DNA of 24,003 bases from a virus (Duplodnaviria > Caudoviricetes): the IMG/VR virus record IMGVR_UViG_3300016636_000045, positions 1-24,003 of that record; one strand, given 5' to 3'. Made by a program: the position numbers and the translations under genes. How positions within the stretch are numbered: the stretch's first letter is position 1; each line of letters begins with the position of its first letter. Of the stretch, positions 7,464 to 15,588 are shown in pieces. The notes under the pieces were generated by a model. The model was not told where the DNA came from and did not search any database. It worked only from the letters and a program-made list of their open reading frames with translations.

Positions 7464-7511
7464 GAGCGCTGACGGGGCGCAGCGTCACTGAGACTCGCCC
7501 CACCTCTAACT
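7426..7511 (+). ncRNA. Candidate structured RNA (multi-stem junction with pseudoknot)
   Basis: AGTCTCAG/CTGAGACT, TGCCTC/GAGGCA, GCGCTG/CAGCGT, loop GGGGCG/CGCCCC and AGTTAG/CTAACT pairings. Strand assumed from the operon direction. Confidence 0.5.
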
Positions 7512-7523
7512 GAAAGGGCTGAA

Positions 7524-7700
7524 ATGGATAACATCGGGTATTACATTGTGCAGATCAACAATCTTGCACGCGAACTACAAGCAGTATCTTCCCCTGCCTA
7601 CAAACCAAACTACTCCGAGATGCAGCGCATTGCGCTTACCATCACGCGCCATGCCTACGATCTGAGCAAGGAAATCGAGCAGGAGACTAAACGTGGCTAA
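7524..7700 (+). CDS. 58-aa hypothetical protein (not in ORF track)
   Basis: AAAGGG RBS; MDNIGYYIVQINNLARELQ...ETKRG; its stop overlaps the start of the next gene. Confidence 0.65.
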   Translation: MDNIGYYIVQINNLARELQAVSSPAYKPNYSEMQRIALTITRHAYDLSKEIEQETKRG

Positions 7701-8511
7701 CATCTTTATCGCTACGCCCATGTATGGCGGTATGTGTACAGGCTTGTACACACAGAGTCTGATCAAAACCATTGGCATGCTAACCAATCATGGGCATCAG
7801 GTTAGCTGTCACTTCATGTTTAACGAGTCACTCATCACCAGAGCCAGGAACAACCTCTCACACCAGTTCCTCCAGTCTGACGCTACTCACCTCTTGTGGA
7901 TTGACTCAGACATCCAGTGGCAACCAGAGGACGTGATGCGCCTACTAGACGCAGACCTAGACATCATTGGCGGCATCTATCCTAAGAAGGAGATCAACTG
8001 GGAGTGCGTCAAGCAAGCAGCGCAGGCAGGCAAAGGCAACCTAGCCAACTACACAGGCACCTTTGTGGTTAACCTGCCAAACGATGTGCCACGCATGGTT
8101 GTAGAGAAAGACAAGCCAGCAGAAGTGGCTAACCTTGGCACTGGCTTTATGCTTGTCAAGCGTGAAGTATTTGAGCAGATGAAAGCCTACACGCCTACCT
8201 ATGTCTCTGACATGACGCATCTGCAAGGCCAGATCATCTACGCTTTCTACCAAGACACCATCTGCCCCGAGAGCAATCGTTGGCTGAGTGAGGACTACTT
8301 CTTCTGCAAGTCTTGGCGAGATCATGGCGGCAAGGTCTATGCAGCGCCTTGGTGTGAGCTATCCCACATTGGCACCTACACCTTTGCAGGGAGGCTTGTA
8401 GAAGCGCCTCCAGACGATGGTGTAACGCTAGACGTTACAGGTTACAGTGGCGCAATAGACCTTGGCATTAACGCCTCTGGACTTGGCACGCATGAGATTT
8501 GGATAGGTTGA
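7693..8511 (+). CDS. GT-A fold (GT2-like) glycosyltransferase
   Basis: IFIATPMYGG, SLITRARN, DxD motif (WIDSDI), GTGFML, LSEDYFFC and HIG; AGGAG RBS with GTG start. Confidence 0.85.
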   Translation: MANIFIATPMYGGMCTGLYTQSLIKTIGMLTNHGHQVSCHFMFNESLITRARNNLSHQFLQSDATHLLWIDSDIQWQPEDVMRLLDADLDIIGGIYPKKEINWECVKQAAQAGKGNLANYTGTFVVNLPNDVPRMVVEKDKPAEVANLGTGFMLVKREVFEQMKAYTPTYVSDMTHLQGQIIYAFYQDTICPESNRWLSEDYFFCKSWRDHGGKVYAAPWCELSHIGTYTFAGRLVEAPPDDGVTLDVTGYSGAIDLGINASGLGTHEIWIG

Positions 8512-9329
8512 TGCATGATCCATTTTTAATTACAGAACCCACCGTTATCTCTTTTAGCGGTGGTCGCACTTCTGCTTATCTTTTGTGGCGAGTATTGCAA
8601 TCCAACAATGGACTGCCAGAGGAAGCCATAGTCTGTTTTGCAAACACAGGTAAAGAAGAGGAAGCTACTCTAGAGTTTGTGCGTGATTGCGAACAAAACT
8701 GGGGCGTAGAGATTCATTGGTTAGAGTATCGAACTGCCGCACCAAACTTTGAGCGTGTCACATTTGAGACTGCAAGCAGAAATGGTGAGCCGTTTGAGGC
8801 GTTAATTTTAAAGCGCAAGTACCTTCCAAACCCTGTCACACGCTTTTGCACTATTGAGTTAAAGATACGCACAATCCATAAGTACCTTAAGAGCCTTGGA
8901 TGGGATCATAACGAGAACATGGACTGGGTTGGCATCAGAGCAGATGAGCAACGCAGAGCAGTCAAGATGGAACGTAGCAGGGTTCCTTTGTATGTTGCTG
9001 GCGTAACGGCACAGGATGTTGGCAAATTCTGGTCTGAACAGACATTTGATCTAAAACTGCCAAACATCAATGGCAAAACAATGCATGGCAACTGCGATCT
9101 TTGTTTTCTAAAAGGTGGCAACCAGGTGTTGAGTTTGATTCAAGAGAAACCAGAACGTGCAACTTGGTGGGCAAAGATGGAAACTCTAATCCAAAAGTCA
9201 GATGCGGTTACAGGAGAAGGAGCAAAGTTTCGCTCCGATCGTCCTTCATACGCACAAATGCTTAAGTTCTCAAAAGAACAGACAGACCTGTTCTCAGACG
9301 AATCTATTGCTTGCTTCTGTGGAGATTAA
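8511..9329 (+). CDS. PAPS-reductase-like (PP-loop, adenine nucleotide alpha-hydrolase) protein; start revised from 8499
   Basis: SFSGGRTS, FANTGKE, RFCTxxLK, GIRADE, GNCDLCF and a C-terminal CFCGD. Confidence 0.85.
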   Translation: MHDPFLITEPTVISFSGGRTSAYLLWRVLQSNNGLPEEAIVCFANTGKEEEATLEFVRDCEQNWGVEIHWLEYRTAAPNFERVTFETASRNGEPFEALILKRKYLPNPVTRFCTIELKIRTIHKYLKSLGWDHNENMDWVGIRADEQRRAVKMERSRVPLYVAGVTAQDVGKFWSEQTFDLKLPNINGKTMHGNCDLCFLKGGNQVLSLIQEKPERATWWAKMETLIQKSDAVTGEGAKFRSDRPSYAQMLKFSKEQTDLFSDESIACFCGD

Positions 9330-9353
9330 AAAAAGCCCCTCACGCAGAGGGGC
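9328..9353 (-). terminator. Rho-independent terminator at the convergence of the two arms
   Basis: The minus strand reads GCCCCTC-TGCGT-GAGGGGC followed by T7. Confidence 0.9.
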
Positions 9354-9382
9354 AAACTACAGGGAGAAGACCATGAAGGTCA
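9328..9382 (-). ncRNA. Candidate small RNA with anti-AUG and anti-Shine-Dalgarno sequence
   Basis: TATACT -10 at 9393-9388, 5' hairpin GACC-UUCAU-GGUC, single-stranded UUCUCCCUGUAGUU, then the terminator. Confidence 0.55.
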
Positions 9383-9395
9383 CGGTTAGTATACG

Positions 9396-9545
9396 CTAAC
9401 TGCGGCCTTTGCGTACAGTTTTCTTCGCAGTTTTTGCAGACCTAACAAAAGCCTCACGGGTAGGATAGCCCTTCTCTCCAGGCTGGCGGGGAGGCAAGCC
9501 CAGTTTCTTCCTACGGTTGATGTTGTAGTAAAGACCTTTTTTCAT
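9396..9545 (-). CDS. 49-aa highly basic phage protein (not in ORF track)
   Basis: ATGA overlap. Translation: MKKGLYYNINRRKKLGLPPRQPGEKGYPTREAFVRSAKTAKKTVRKGRS. Confidence 0.75.
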   Translation of the reverse strand: MKKGLYYNINRRKKLGLPPRQPGEKGYPTREAFVRSAKTAKKTVRKGRS

Positions 9546-9829
9546 CTGCACTTCCATCGGGAACGCGCTCGACAAATGCGCTTGTTGGGCGTTTTGGCAC
9601 AGTTGATGCTATGCATCTTCATCTGGCCTTCAGAGCGAGCGCAGTAACTTTTACGCCTCTTCGCACGACCACCGCTAGGGTTACTCTCCGTCACGGCAGT
9701 CTGCAATTTGGAACCAGGATTGGCACGTCTATAGGCTTCGACACCCTTCTTGGTCATGCCTGCTCCAGCCTTCGTAGAACGAAAGTTGCCAGACTTAACC
9801 GATGTCTTGATGCCCATGCCTTTAGCCAT
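9542..9829 (-). CDS. Highly basic conserved phage protein (RRKSYCARS...WKC)
   Basis: K/R-rich, with a motif recurrent in aquatic phages. Confidence 0.8.
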   Translation of the reverse strand: MAKGMGIKTSVKSGNFRSTKAGAGMTKKGVEAYRRANPGSKLQTAVTESNPSGGRAKRRKSYCARSEGQMKMHSINCAKTPNKRICRARSRWKCR

Positions 9830-9840
9830 GCTAAACCCTA

Positions 9841-10086
9841 TCAGTTGTCAGTCTGCTCGTCAACATTGACAACATCAATCTCATCAAATATCTCTTCCCA
9901 CGCAGCAATCTCCTCACGCAGGTTCTCAATCTCCTCATCACGCTCGTCAAGCTTGGTGATCAGACTCTGAACCGTGGACATCAGCGTAAGGATGAACTTG
10001 TCCTTCTCATCGAAATCAATACGCATTGCCTCCAGCAAGCGCTCACTAATCTCTACCTGCTTCTCCATAAATCCATTCACGTCCAT
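9841..10086 (-). CDS. Acidic coiled-coil hypothetical protein
   Basis: AAGGAG RBS; abuts the upstream stop codon. Confidence 0.75.
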   Translation of the reverse strand: MDVNGFMEKQVEISERLLEAMRIDFDEKDKFILTLMSTVQSLITKLDERDEEIENLREEIAAWEEIFDEIDVVNVDEQTDN

Positions 10087-10428
10087 TTAAAACTCCTTCG
10101 GGTCAAAGCCCATAAAATTTGAAATACGATTGGCGTAATACTCAAACTTCTTGTCATGCAGGTTCCAGCCTTTGTATCCGATACGATACAAATGTAGATG
10201 CACCATCTCATGTGCAACGGTCTTAATCAATGTTTCCAAGAATCCTACCTTGGCACGGCTAATCCTGATCGTATGCTCTGGCTCATACTCACCATAGCAT
10301 GTGGGATCATTATTGACTTCAAATGTGACATCTTGAGAGGCAGGCAACTTCATCCGTTTGAACGGAGGAATCTGACAGAGATATTCGTATGTGACCTGCA
10401 CCGTGCCTGGGCTTAAGGTCATCGCCAT
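10087..10428 (-). CDS. SprT-like zinc metallopeptidase domain protein
   Basis: TVAHEMVH (HExxH) plus the downstream HDKKF third ligand. Confidence 0.75.
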   Translation of the reverse strand: MAMTLSPGTVQVTYEYLCQIPPFKRMKLPASQDVTFEVNNDPTCYGEYEPEHTIRISRAKVGFLETLIKTVAHEMVHLHLYRIGYKGWNLHDKKFEYYANRISNFMGFDPKEF

Positions 10429-10429
10429 G

Positions 10430-11650
10430 CTAGGACTTCCAGCTAATCCAAGAGCCAGTGCGCTTATTGGGCTGGCGATCCACTAGGATAGGCGCAGAAA
10501 ATGTGATGCCATGCTCAGGATGCGTAAGCCATAGCGCCTGCCTAGGCGGTTCGTACGGAAAATTACTTTGGTAGGCATACTCGTCATAGCCCTTGAGTGA
10601 GCCATTGACAATCAGACGCTGAAGTTGGATTAGTTGGTGCCAATGGCCTAGTAGCAATGTGTCGTACTCGGTGTCAATCTGAGCATTGCGGCTGCGCTTT
10701 CTATGGTCGCCTCTGATGATGGGGCCAAGCGCTCCAATCATGCCATCTCCTCCCCGAAACTGATCGCCATGCGTCAGCAGATAACGATGCCCGAAGACTA
10801 CGTAGTGCGCGTCAGAACCATCAGGGATTAGGAATTTAACCCTGTCATCATCCTCAAAATGCTTGTTCAGGAACTGATAAAGCAGCCAGTCAAAGCTGGT
10901 AAAGTTCCGGTTCTTCATCCGCATCTTGTGCGTATTCCTGCCATGATTGCCTGTGACGCATGGCACAAATACATTGCCGAACTGGTCTGCAAGCGTGTTG
11001 ATGCACCAAATCAGCGTTCCCCACAAGTCCAGCACCGCAGGCATGATCTCTACGTCGTTGGTAACTGACAACTCCTCATGGATGTCACCAGACACCATGT
11101 CACCACCTAGAGCAAACACCACACCAGGGTAGACAGGTTCAGCAAAGCGATTCTTGAGGATGTCGGTTGAGATATTGATAAGCGCCTTGGCACGCTTTTG
11201 GGCAATGGCAATGTTGTACTCATTCACGCCATTGATCTGATTTGCATCCACCACTTCACCCCAATGCCAGTCTGAAGCTAGGATTGTTGGCACACCTGTG
11301 ACATGTCCCTTCTTGGGCTTGTCAATCAGCCAACTGGGAGGCTCTATATTTGATTCAGACAAACGGATGATCTTGCGCTTGATGAACTCATCAGAGAGCG
11401 TTTCTGCCTTCATAGTGCGTAAATGCGCTCGCAGCGCTCGCACCTCATCCTCAAGAGAGCCAGCAGCCAATGCCAAGTCTGGCTCATCGTCTAGTTGGAT
11501 GTTTGCCCTTCTTGCCCCCTCTAGTCGAGCTTTAAACGTGCTACGAGGGACATTTAACGCTCTTGCTGCTACATCTATATTGTTACCCACTTTTTTGTAG
11601 GCACGTAATGTCTCAACAAGAATCTCTTGCGGTACTGGTTTGGCAGGCAC
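10430..11650 (-). CDS. Calcineurin-like metallophosphoesterase with an N-terminal HTH
   Basis: SDWHWGE, GGDMVSG, GNHGR, THGD and GHWH motifs; Fis-like AARALNVPRSTF at the N-terminus. Confidence 0.85.
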   Translation of the reverse strand: MPAKPVPQEILVETLRAYKKVGNNIDVAARALNVPRSTFKARLEGARRANIQLDDEPDLALAAGSLEDEVRALRAHLRTMKAETLSDEFIKRKIIRLSESNIEPPSWLIDKPKKGHVTGVPTILASDWHWGEVVDANQINGVNEYNIAIAQKRAKALINISTDILKNRFAEPVYPGVVFALGGDMVSGDIHEELSVTNDVEIMPAVLDLWGTLIWCINTLADQFGNVFVPCVTGNHGRNTHKMRMKNRNFTSFDWLLYQFLNKHFEDDDRVKFLIPDGSDAHYVVFGHRYLLTHGDQFRGGDGMIGALGPIIRGDHRKRSRNAQIDTEYDTLLLGHWHQLIQLQRLIVNGSLKGYDEYAYQSNFPYEPPRQALWLTHPEHGITFSAPILVDRQPNKRTGSWISWKS

Positions 11651-11694
11651 GGAGCTCCCCTTCCGTATAGCAAACAGCCCCTAGTAACACACAT

Positions 11695-12156
11695 TTACAT
11701 TACATGGTTGTGAATATACTTTAATTCTGCCTGTCTTCTCAACACCAAACCACGTAGAATCTTTCCACCACCTCTAGTCCAGCGCATCAGTTCTTGACCC
11801 GCTGCCTGCCAATCCTCTTGATTGATGCGCCTTCTTAGTGTAGAGGCTCGGTATCTGCCCACACCCAAGTTGTAGGCAAAGTCTGTAATGGCACCCAAGA
11901 CTTGAGGATGTCGAGCCAGACCAGGGGAAGCATGTAGAACGCCAGCAAGGTAATTGTTCCGAAGTTCATGTTGTAGCCATTCCTCTGCTGTCTCTTGAGT
12001 GATGGCTGGATCGTCAGGTGTAACTACAGTCTTGTCAGGCTTATAGACGGTGCCGTAGCCAATCGTCCAGTAACCTGCGGGACAGAGATATGGTTTGGCT
12101 GAAAAGCCTTCAAATCGCCTGCAAAGGTCAGCAGCGATCTCAAGACTTGTTTCCAC
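11695..12156 (-). CDS. Endolysin, GH24 (T4-like) lysozyme
   Basis: FEG...YLCPAGYWTIGYG, FAYNLG and GLVLRRQAE motifs. Confidence 0.95.
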   Translation of the reverse strand: METSLEIAADLCRRFEGFSAKPYLCPAGYWTIGYGTVYKPDKTVVTPDDPAITQETAEEWLQHELRNNYLAGVLHASPGLARHPQVLGAITDFAYNLGVGRYRASTLRRRINQEDWQAAGQELMRWTRGGGKILRGLVLRRQAELKYIHNHVM

Positions 12157-12613
12157 GTTCCCACACGCGCCCTACAAACCAGAACGTCAGAATCAGCGTT
12201 AGGATAGCCATATCGTCCTTGTTCCACATTGTGACGAGAACTGTTTTCCAGTCGCCATTCTGCTCAAGTGCAAGCAAATACGAGGCTAGTTTGACAAAAA
12301 AGTAGGCAATTACAAAAGCGTAGGTCACCATCGGCCTTACTAACGCAGATATGCCAGCTATGAACTTGCCTGCGGCTCTGGCGGTAGCACCCTGCTCCTC
12401 AATAGCACGCCCAATTGCATCCATTTCAGCCACAGTCATCTGCGCCTCTGTCTGCCGCATGGCGATCTCACCACGCACCTTGGCAAACTCCATCTCAGCA
12501 GTCAGCAAAGCGAGTTCATGCGCTCTCTCGGACTTCCTGTCCCAGAGTTTCAACACTTCGGGGGCGAGACGGAATAGACCGCCTAATAGCCCACCAAAGA
12601 GTGACTCAATCAA
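12140..12613 (-). CDS. Holin-like membrane protein
   Basis: N-terminal amphipathic glycine-rich helix, coiled coil, VRP-TM...TM-FWFVGR; directly upstream of the endolysin. Confidence 0.65.
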   Translation of the reverse strand: MIESLFGGLLGGLFRLAPEVLKLWDRKSERAHELALLTAEMEFAKVRGEIAMRQTEAQMTVAEMDAIGRAIEEQGATARAAGKFIAGISALVRPMVTYAFVIAYFFVKLASYLLALEQNGDWKTVLVTMWNKDDMAILTLILTFWFVGRVWERGNKS

Positions 12614-12960
12614 AAGCCTTCACCTGGGCAGGTATAGACCGTGGCACTTGCGTGTTCAGCAATGCACCGTGCATACACGGTTTTGTTTGGCCCAACCTGG
12701 GGGCCAGTAAAAACCTTATATGAGTATGCAGGAATGTAGATCACATCTGCCGCTGCACCAGCCGAAGGGAAGGCAGCAGTGATAGCAGAGGACTGACCAT
12801 AAGCCACAAACACACCATAGTTTACGTCTGGGTTAGACACAAAGTATTGGTTGCAGGGGCTGCTTGCTGTGATGGAAACCACGTTGCCTTGGGTATTGGC
12901 GGTGGTGGCTGTGATCGCAACGGTTGGCCCCATCTGCTGGAAGGGGATGTTATTTGCCAT
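12610..12960 (-). CDS. Small beta-rich putative virion protein; paralogue of 22616-22960
   Basis: Shares F...G.TV, NQY...N and the terminal Y..PG.G with 22616-22960. Confidence 0.75.
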   Translation of the reverse strand: MANNIPFQQMGPTVAITATTANTQGNVVSITASSPCNQYFVSNPDVNYGVFVAYGQSSAITAAFPSAGAAADVIYIPAYSYKVFTGPQVGPNKTVYARCIAEHASATVYTCPGEGF

Positions 12961-13171
12961 ATTTCATCTTCCCAGGCTTCACAACCGGAGACTTCTTCTG
13001 ATCAGGCGAACCAGAGAAGCACTGCATAGCCATATACCCACCCACAGGGCTAGTACGGGTAGGCTTGCCCAGACCATAAGTATCTTGAATACTCTGGGGA
13101 CGGATAGCTTTGCCAGCCGCCTTGTCGAGAGAAAGTACAGTGGTTTCACTTTTGCTCATCATCAGTTTCAT
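12950..13171 (-). CDS. Basic hypothetical protein (start revised from 13222)
   Basis: AAGGA RBS before ATG 13171. Confidence 0.65.
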   Translation of the reverse strand: MKLMMSKSETTVLSLDKAAGKAIRPQSIQDTYGLGKPTRTSPVGGYMAMQCFSGSPDQKKSPVVKPGKMKYGK

Positions 13172-13379
13172 TTGGTTTTTTCCTTTCCCAACTAATGCAC
13201 GGTAGATATATACAGACCGCAAAGAACCCCGCCATCGCCATTCGCTCCCAAGATGGATCGTACATCGTCCATAGAGCCAACAGGAAACTCATCGACATAG
13301 CCAGGATAGATAGCAGTCGCATAGAAATAATGTCCATTGCGACCCGAATAATTTTGAACACAGCCCCCATTTCCATCAC
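13146..13379 (-). CDS. Small two-TM membrane protein
   Basis: Two hydrophobic segments and a charged tail; ATGA overlap. Confidence 0.7.
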   Translation of the reverse strand: MMEMGAVFKIIRVAMDIISMRLLSILAMSMSFLLALWTMYDPSWERMAMAGFFAVCIYLPCISWERKKPNETDDEQK

Positions 13380-13579
13380 TCATCTCCTTCATCGGTTGTA
13401 TAGAATCCTCTTCCCCACTCGTCATCACTAATTTTTTGCTTGATCTGTTCAAGTTTCAGCGCCCTATCAATCACTTTTGTTTTATCGGTCAATGTTGCTG
13501 ACGGGTCTGCCATCACCTCTTTGAGCAGCTTACCCACCGCATCATCTAATTCTGGACTCAGCCCCTTCGACTTCTTCAT
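13376..13579 (-). CDS. Hypothetical protein
   Basis: GGAG RBS and ATGA coupling. Confidence 0.75.
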   Translation of the reverse strand: MKKSKGLSPELDDAVGKLLKEVMADPSATLTDKTKVIDRALKLEQIKQKISDDEWGRGFYTTDEGDE

Positions 13580-13743
13580 CTCTCCATCTTTCGCTTGTCG
13601 CGCTTCTCTTTACGCACCATGCTCAGGCTAGGCGTTTCCTTGCGAAACATGCGAGGCAGGTCAGCAGAGGCCATGCCAGCACGGGTATTGTCCTTCTCTT
13701 CCATGACTACACGATCCTTGTCATTCATCTCATCGTATTTCAT
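13576..13743 (-). CDS. 55-aa charged hypothetical protein (not in ORF track)
   Basis: [19 protein letters not shown]...KRKMER; ATGA overlaps on both sides. Confidence 0.7.
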   Translation of the reverse strand: MKYDEMNDKDRVVMEEKDNTRAGMASADLPRMFRKETPSLSMVRKEKRDKRKMER

Positions 13744-13877
13744 CTCTTACCTTTCCGCGCCTTACGCGCAGTAGAGAGTGCAATGGCGATAGCCTGCTTC
13801 TGTGGCTTGCCACGCTTCATCTCTTTTTTGATGTTCTCACTTACCGTCTTGCGACTGTACCCCATTTTCAATGGCAT
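13740..13877 (-). CDS. 45-aa basic phage protein ([13 protein letters not shown]); start revised from 13928
   Basis: AGGAG RBS before ATG 13877; recurrent phage motif. Confidence 0.8.
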   Translation of the reverse strand: MPLKMGYSRKTVSENIKKEMKRGKPQKQAIAIALSTARKARKGKR

Positions 13878-13878
13878 A

Positions 13879-15588
13879 TCACTCTCCTGAAGATTCTCTA
13901 GCAATAAATCGAGCAAGGTCTGTAGCAAATGGTGATGTTGCTCTAGTCAACGTACGTAGCTGACTTGGTTGCAATCCATACATTAAAGCCTGTTGACCTT
14001 CTGGGCTATACAAAAAGTTTTGCAAATTTTTTGCTCCAACCATTGTGCCAAGCACTTTGAGCGCAGGAGCCGCACGATAGTAAGGAGCAACAGATTCTGG
14101 CTGCCTACCAAACAAATTCAAACCGCCAGCAACAGCAGATTCTGTCGTTTGCGCTCTCCCAGGAGCCTGTCCAGTTGGAGCGCCTGTTTGAGGGACAAAA
14201 GTACGACGAGTAAACTCCGTGGGTCTTTTTTGTGCAATCACATTACGCAAATCTTCTGGATCAAGTATGCCCTTAACAAAGTTAGACCTAGCCGTTGGGT
14301 TTGCATTGACCGCCTCATCTACATCACTAAAGACTGTGTACTTCGTCTTCCAGTTCGTAAAAGCACCCTTCCAGTTGGGGTCTTTAATAGAATTAAAAGC
14401 AACGTCATCCCAAGCCTTTACAAGATCATTTGCTTGTTGATACCCAGGCTGACCAATTAACCCTCTAGCATTTCTTTGCAATAACTGACGAGTCTCATGC
14501 CAAGTAGTGCCATCTATCTGCGCTCTGGTCGTTCCAACATTTTGCAAAGAAACTAAAATCTTTTGCAATTTTTTAGGGTCAATGTCTGGAATTGCTTGAA
14601 AAGTTTGAGCATAAATATTGCTTAATTGAGGTGGCAAACTTCTAAGATCAATTTGTTTGTTTTTTGTAAGGTTAACAATTTCAGTAGACAAGTCTTTGTA
14701 GGCTTTGTTAAGCAAATCTGGGCTAATCTCTCTTCCAGTTTGACCCATTAACTTGTTAATTGTCTCCGCAAACAATGGTGCATTACGTTGCACTAATGGG
14801 CTATCAAACAAACGATCTAGCGTCTGTAATGCAGCGCTGTTAGTGATCTCAGAGATAGGAATTGTATAGCCTCTTTGAACTGCTTCAGAGATTGTTTTTT
14901 GTGTAGCTGCGTTAGCAGTAAGCATTGAGCCTGGAAACAAAAATTTACGCGCACCTTCAATGCCAGCTTGAGGCACAGTGCCAAATCCAAAGCCAATAGC
15001 ACCTTGTTTTAGTTTTTCCCCAAGAAATTGTTGGAAGGACTCAACATCTTTTTCAACAGGAGTTGTAGCAGCAGTAATGCCACCGCCCAACAAACCAGCT
15101 TTAGCGATACGTTCTCCAGCCGTTGCACCTTTAATTAAAGGTGTAAGTTTGCCAATGCCAAGGATGTCAGCAGCAGTTGCCCCAATTCTTTTCGTAGGTG
15201 ACTCGCTTAGTTCAGCTTCGATCTCTTGTGCCTGTCTTGTTCCTGCCTCTCTTTGACCAGGAACAAATTGCCTGCCAGCAGCAAACATTCTTTCTGGAGA
15301 TAGTGAAACTCCACGAACAAATCTTCCAACAGGGCCACCTTCTTCTAACACCTCTCTTTGAGCAGTAGGAGAAGTTGCTGCTTCATAACGAGCAGTTGTT
15401 TCTGGCGCTAACGCTGAAAACATTCCACTAATGAAATCTTGATTTTTTGGAGCCACAAGAGGTTGTTTTTGCTCTCGTTTAGCAGGAGCAACTTGCCCAC
15501 TCAATTCTTCAAAACTAAACTCTTTTTGATTAGAGGATTGACTTGGAGAGCCAGTCAACTCTTCAAAACTGAATTCTTGTTTACTCAC
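13879..15588 (-). CDS. Putative internal virion / DNA ejection protein (start revised to GTG 15588)
   Basis: GGAGG RBS; N-terminal EFSFEEL repeats; glycine-rich hydrophobic helices; last gene of a run of large helical ORFs. Confidence 0.7.
   Translation of the reverse strand: MSKQEFSFEELTGSPSQSSNQKEFSFEELSGQVAPAKREQKQPLVAPKNQDFISGMFSALAPETTARYEAATSPTAQREVLEEGGPVGRFVRGVSLSPERMFAAGRQFVPGQREAGTRQAQEIEAELSESPTKRIGATAADILGIGKLTPLIKGATAGERIAKAGLLGGGITAATTPVEKDVESFQQFLGEKLKQGAIGFGFGTVPQAGIEGARKFLFPGSMLTANAATQKTISEAVQRGYTIPISEITNSAALQTLDRLFDSPLVQRNAPLFAETINKLMGQTGREISPDLLNKAYKDLSTEIVNLTKNKQIDLRSLPPQLSNIYAQTFQAIPDIDPKKLQKILVSLQNVGTTRAQIDGTTWHETRQLLQRNARGLIGQPGYQQANDLVKAWDDVAFNSIKDPNWKGAFTNWKTKYTVFSDVDEAVNANPTARSNFVKGILDPEDLRNVIAQKRPTEFTRRTFVPQTGAPTGQAPGRAQTTESAVAGGLNLFGRQPESVAPYYRAAPALKVLGTMVGAKNLQNFLYSPEGQQALMYGLQPSQLRTLTRATSPFATDLARFIARESSGE

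Noticed and set aside
9373-9399. + strand micro-ORF MKVTVSIR with an AGGGAG RBS
   Set aside because: Only 8 codons, lying beyond the terminator hairpin. The antisense-RNA reading better explains the -10 box and U-tract orientation, but this ORF is not excluded.
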